From a virus, in the IMG/VR virus record IMGVR_UViG_3300045988_147882: a stretch of DNA of 64,000 nucleotides; one strand, written 5' to 3'. The notes below the pieces were generated by a model that searched no databases, was not told the DNA's origin, and worked only from the letters and a program-made list of their open reading frames with translations. This document shows, piece by piece, positions 62,683 to 64,000 of the stretch (positions are counted from its first letter, which is position 1; the number at the start of each line of letters is the position of its first letter). The position numbers were made by a program, and so were the translations under genes.

Positions 62683-63132
62683 TTAACTGATTTTTAATGA
62701 TGTCTGATGAATCATTTCGCTAACATCGTTCAAAGCGTTCAGGAACGTTTTGAGTTCATTGTCAGTAAAGCGAGCCTTTTTCCCGTTGACTATATTCCCG
62801 TTAATACGCTGATATAGCCAGTTTCTACTTTTACCAAAATATTTCTTTGCAATATAACTGAATGAGATTGCTTCGGGCAATTCTCCAAGTTTATCACGTA
62901 ATATGGCTTCTTCCGCTCTTTCTATATAATCATTGCAGGCATTTACTGTTGCTTTTAGCCCAGCTTCAGATGCTTTTTTGTAGGCTTCCTTTTGGGCTTC
63001 CGGTAGTTTATTATATTTATCCTGCATTTCCTTTTTGAAAGCTTCTTTTTCTTCTGTGGTTTTTAGTTCTTTGAATCTTTCAAAGTCAGCCTGCATTTCT
63101 TTTGTTGGCAGGCAATCATTCCAATCTATCAT
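62683..63132 (-). CDS. integrase-associated DNA-binding accessory protein (DUF5053-like; possible excision/regulatory factor)
   Basis: C-terminal YIAKKYFGKSRNWLYQRINGN (HTH-like); neighbours the integrase. Confidence 0.4.
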   Translation of the reverse strand: MIDWNDCLPTKEMQADFERFKELKTTEEKEAFKKEMQDKYNKLPEAQKEAYKKASEAGLKATVNACNDYIERAEEAILRDKLGELPEAISFSYIAKKYFGKSRNWLYQRINGNIVNGKKARFTDNELKTFLNALNDVSEMIHQTSLKIS

Positions 63133-63173
63133 AGCTTTTAATGTTTGTCCCTCCCCGAAGGGAGGGATGTTAA

Positions 63174-63344
63174 TTACAACTTTTTTAATTTCTCTTGGAT
63201 TTCGTTCATCCGATCGAGTATGTCATTTATAAGCGCTTCCCGTTCTTTGGCATTTTCAGGAACCCCATAGGCCTCGTGAAATGAAGCGAGAAGTTTTAAA
63301 TTCTCATACTCTTGTTCTAATTCTTTTTTTTCTTCATCTTTCAT
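63174..63344 (-). CDS. small coiled-coil protein (56 aa)
   Basis: Hand-translated MKDEEKKELEQEYENLKLL...IQEKLKKL; not in the ORF track. Confidence 0.35.
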   Translation of the reverse strand: MKDEEKKELEQEYENLKLLASFHEAYGVPENAKEREALINDILDRMNEIQEKLKKL

Positions 63345-63441
63345 CAGTTAAACATTAAAATTAAGAACTCTTATTTGACACTACAAAGATAATAAGCATT
63401 TGGTTATTATGCAAATTCTTAGTGATTTATTTTATATGTGA

Positions 63442-64000
63442 TTATTCATTTTTCAAGTTGTCAAGTATTTCCCTGATTGCTTTATCAGCGTGTTTTCTCA
63501 TTATTGTGACATAGTTGAAGATTGGTCTATCTTCTTTCATTGATTGCCCGATACAGTATTCCAGTGTACTAAGAGGAATTCCCAGGTCATATCCATGTTG
63601 GACGAAAGATTTGCGGGCTGAATATAGGGTGAATTTATGCCTGATTCCTGCCACCTTGCCTAATTGACTGATTTTCCTGGCCAGCAGGTTATAGCAGGAG
63701 GTATAGTTCTTGTATTTCCCGAATATGATTTTCCCTGTATTCTTTTTCATATACTTTTTTATAATGGGCTTTGCTTCTTCGGGAATGGAAAAGGAAATCA
63801 GGGAGTCCCCTTCTTTGGTGTTTTTGGTCTTTTTCCGGATGTAGTTTATTTCATCCGTCCGGAAATCGTATGCTAGTATGTCTACTAGGTTCATGCCGGC
63901 AAGATAATAAGTAAGCATGAAAATGTCCCGTGTTACGTTGAGATTGTAATGCTCTAAATTTGCATCTCTGATTGTTTTGAGTTCTTCCACTGTAATTTGG
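63442..64000 (-). CDS. tyrosine recombinase/integrase, C-terminal catalytic part (N-terminus beyond the window)
   Basis: The frame is open to the window edge. Contains ...TLYSARKSFVQHG... and LEYCIGQS...FNYV, typical of Bacteroides phage integrases. Confidence 0.7.
   Translation of the reverse strand, partial: QITVEELKTIRDANLEHYNLNVTRDIFMLTYYLAGMNLVDILAYDFRTDEINYIRKKTKNTKEGDSLISFSIPEEAKPIIKKYMKKNTGKIIFGKYKNYTSCYNLLARKISQLGKVAGIRHKFTLYSARKSFVQHGYDLGIPLSTLEYCIGQSMKEDRPIFNYVTIMRKHADKAIREILDNLKNE

Larger units (their letters stand above)
1..64000. mobile_element. Temperate siphovirus-like phage/prophage (Bacteroidales-type host), nearly complete; att ends not resolved
   Basis: Contiguous repressor, recombination/replication, methylase, terminase-portal-protease-capsid, tape measure, fibre, DGR, lysis and integrase modules. 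TAnnTTTG promoter boxes are present and no sheath gene is seen. Confidence 0.8.

Noticed and set aside
1-64000. CRISPR arrays, rRNA genes, transposases/IS elements
   Set aside because: No regularly spaced direct repeats beyond the 12-bp x 3.5 iteron-like repeat and the promoter modules were seen. There are no rRNA-like segments. The only transposase-like or recombinase-like ORF is the terminal integrase.

Overview
The window is almost entirely one temperate, siphovirus-like tailed phage or prophage of a Bacteroidales-type host. Host assignment rests on TAnnTTTG -7 promoter boxes, the absence of Shine-Dalgarno sites and an AT-rich backbone. Gene order, left to right:
- 0.1-2.7 kb: a minus-strand accessory cassette and two paralogous HTH repressors with separate operator sets.
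- 2.8-6.2 kb: small early genes and a noncoding block carrying five tRNA-like genes.
- 6.3-13.2 kb: recombination and replication genes (ERF, PD-(D/E)XK nuclease, SSB, NinB-like, SNF2, VRR-NUC, initiator-like, DnaC-like).
- 13.5-28.7 kb: a DNA-modification or anti-restriction block. It holds two ParB-like proteins, a helicase-aminomethyltransferase fusion, a C5-methyltransferase, a PAPS-reductase-like protein and a radical-SAM/epimerase/PRTase cluster.
- 28.7-43.3 kb: terminase, portal, protease, capsid, tail and tape measure genes.
- 43.4-45.0 kb: a moron island with a sigma-70-family protein and HicAB.
- 45.3-54.7 kb: tail tip and fibre genes, including a 2057-aa protein.
- 54.7-58.4 kb: tandem fibre-tip paralogs and a complete diversity-generating retroelement (target with VR, Avd, TR, RT).
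- 58.8-60.7 kb: lysis cassette.
- 61.2-64.0 kb: an Abi-like moron flanked by direct repeats, then an integrase module cut by the window end.
Three observations stand out. First, the tRNA-like genes have canonical acceptor, D and T arms, but by hand folding none has a normal 5-bp/7-nt anticodon arm. Second, the DGR has 5 of its 14 TR/VR mismatches at non-adenine TR positions, in a pattern that suggests the TR copy itself was adenine-mutagenised. Third, a roughly 90-bp promoter module is repeated four times. All calls come from manual reading only; no searches or folding programs were run.
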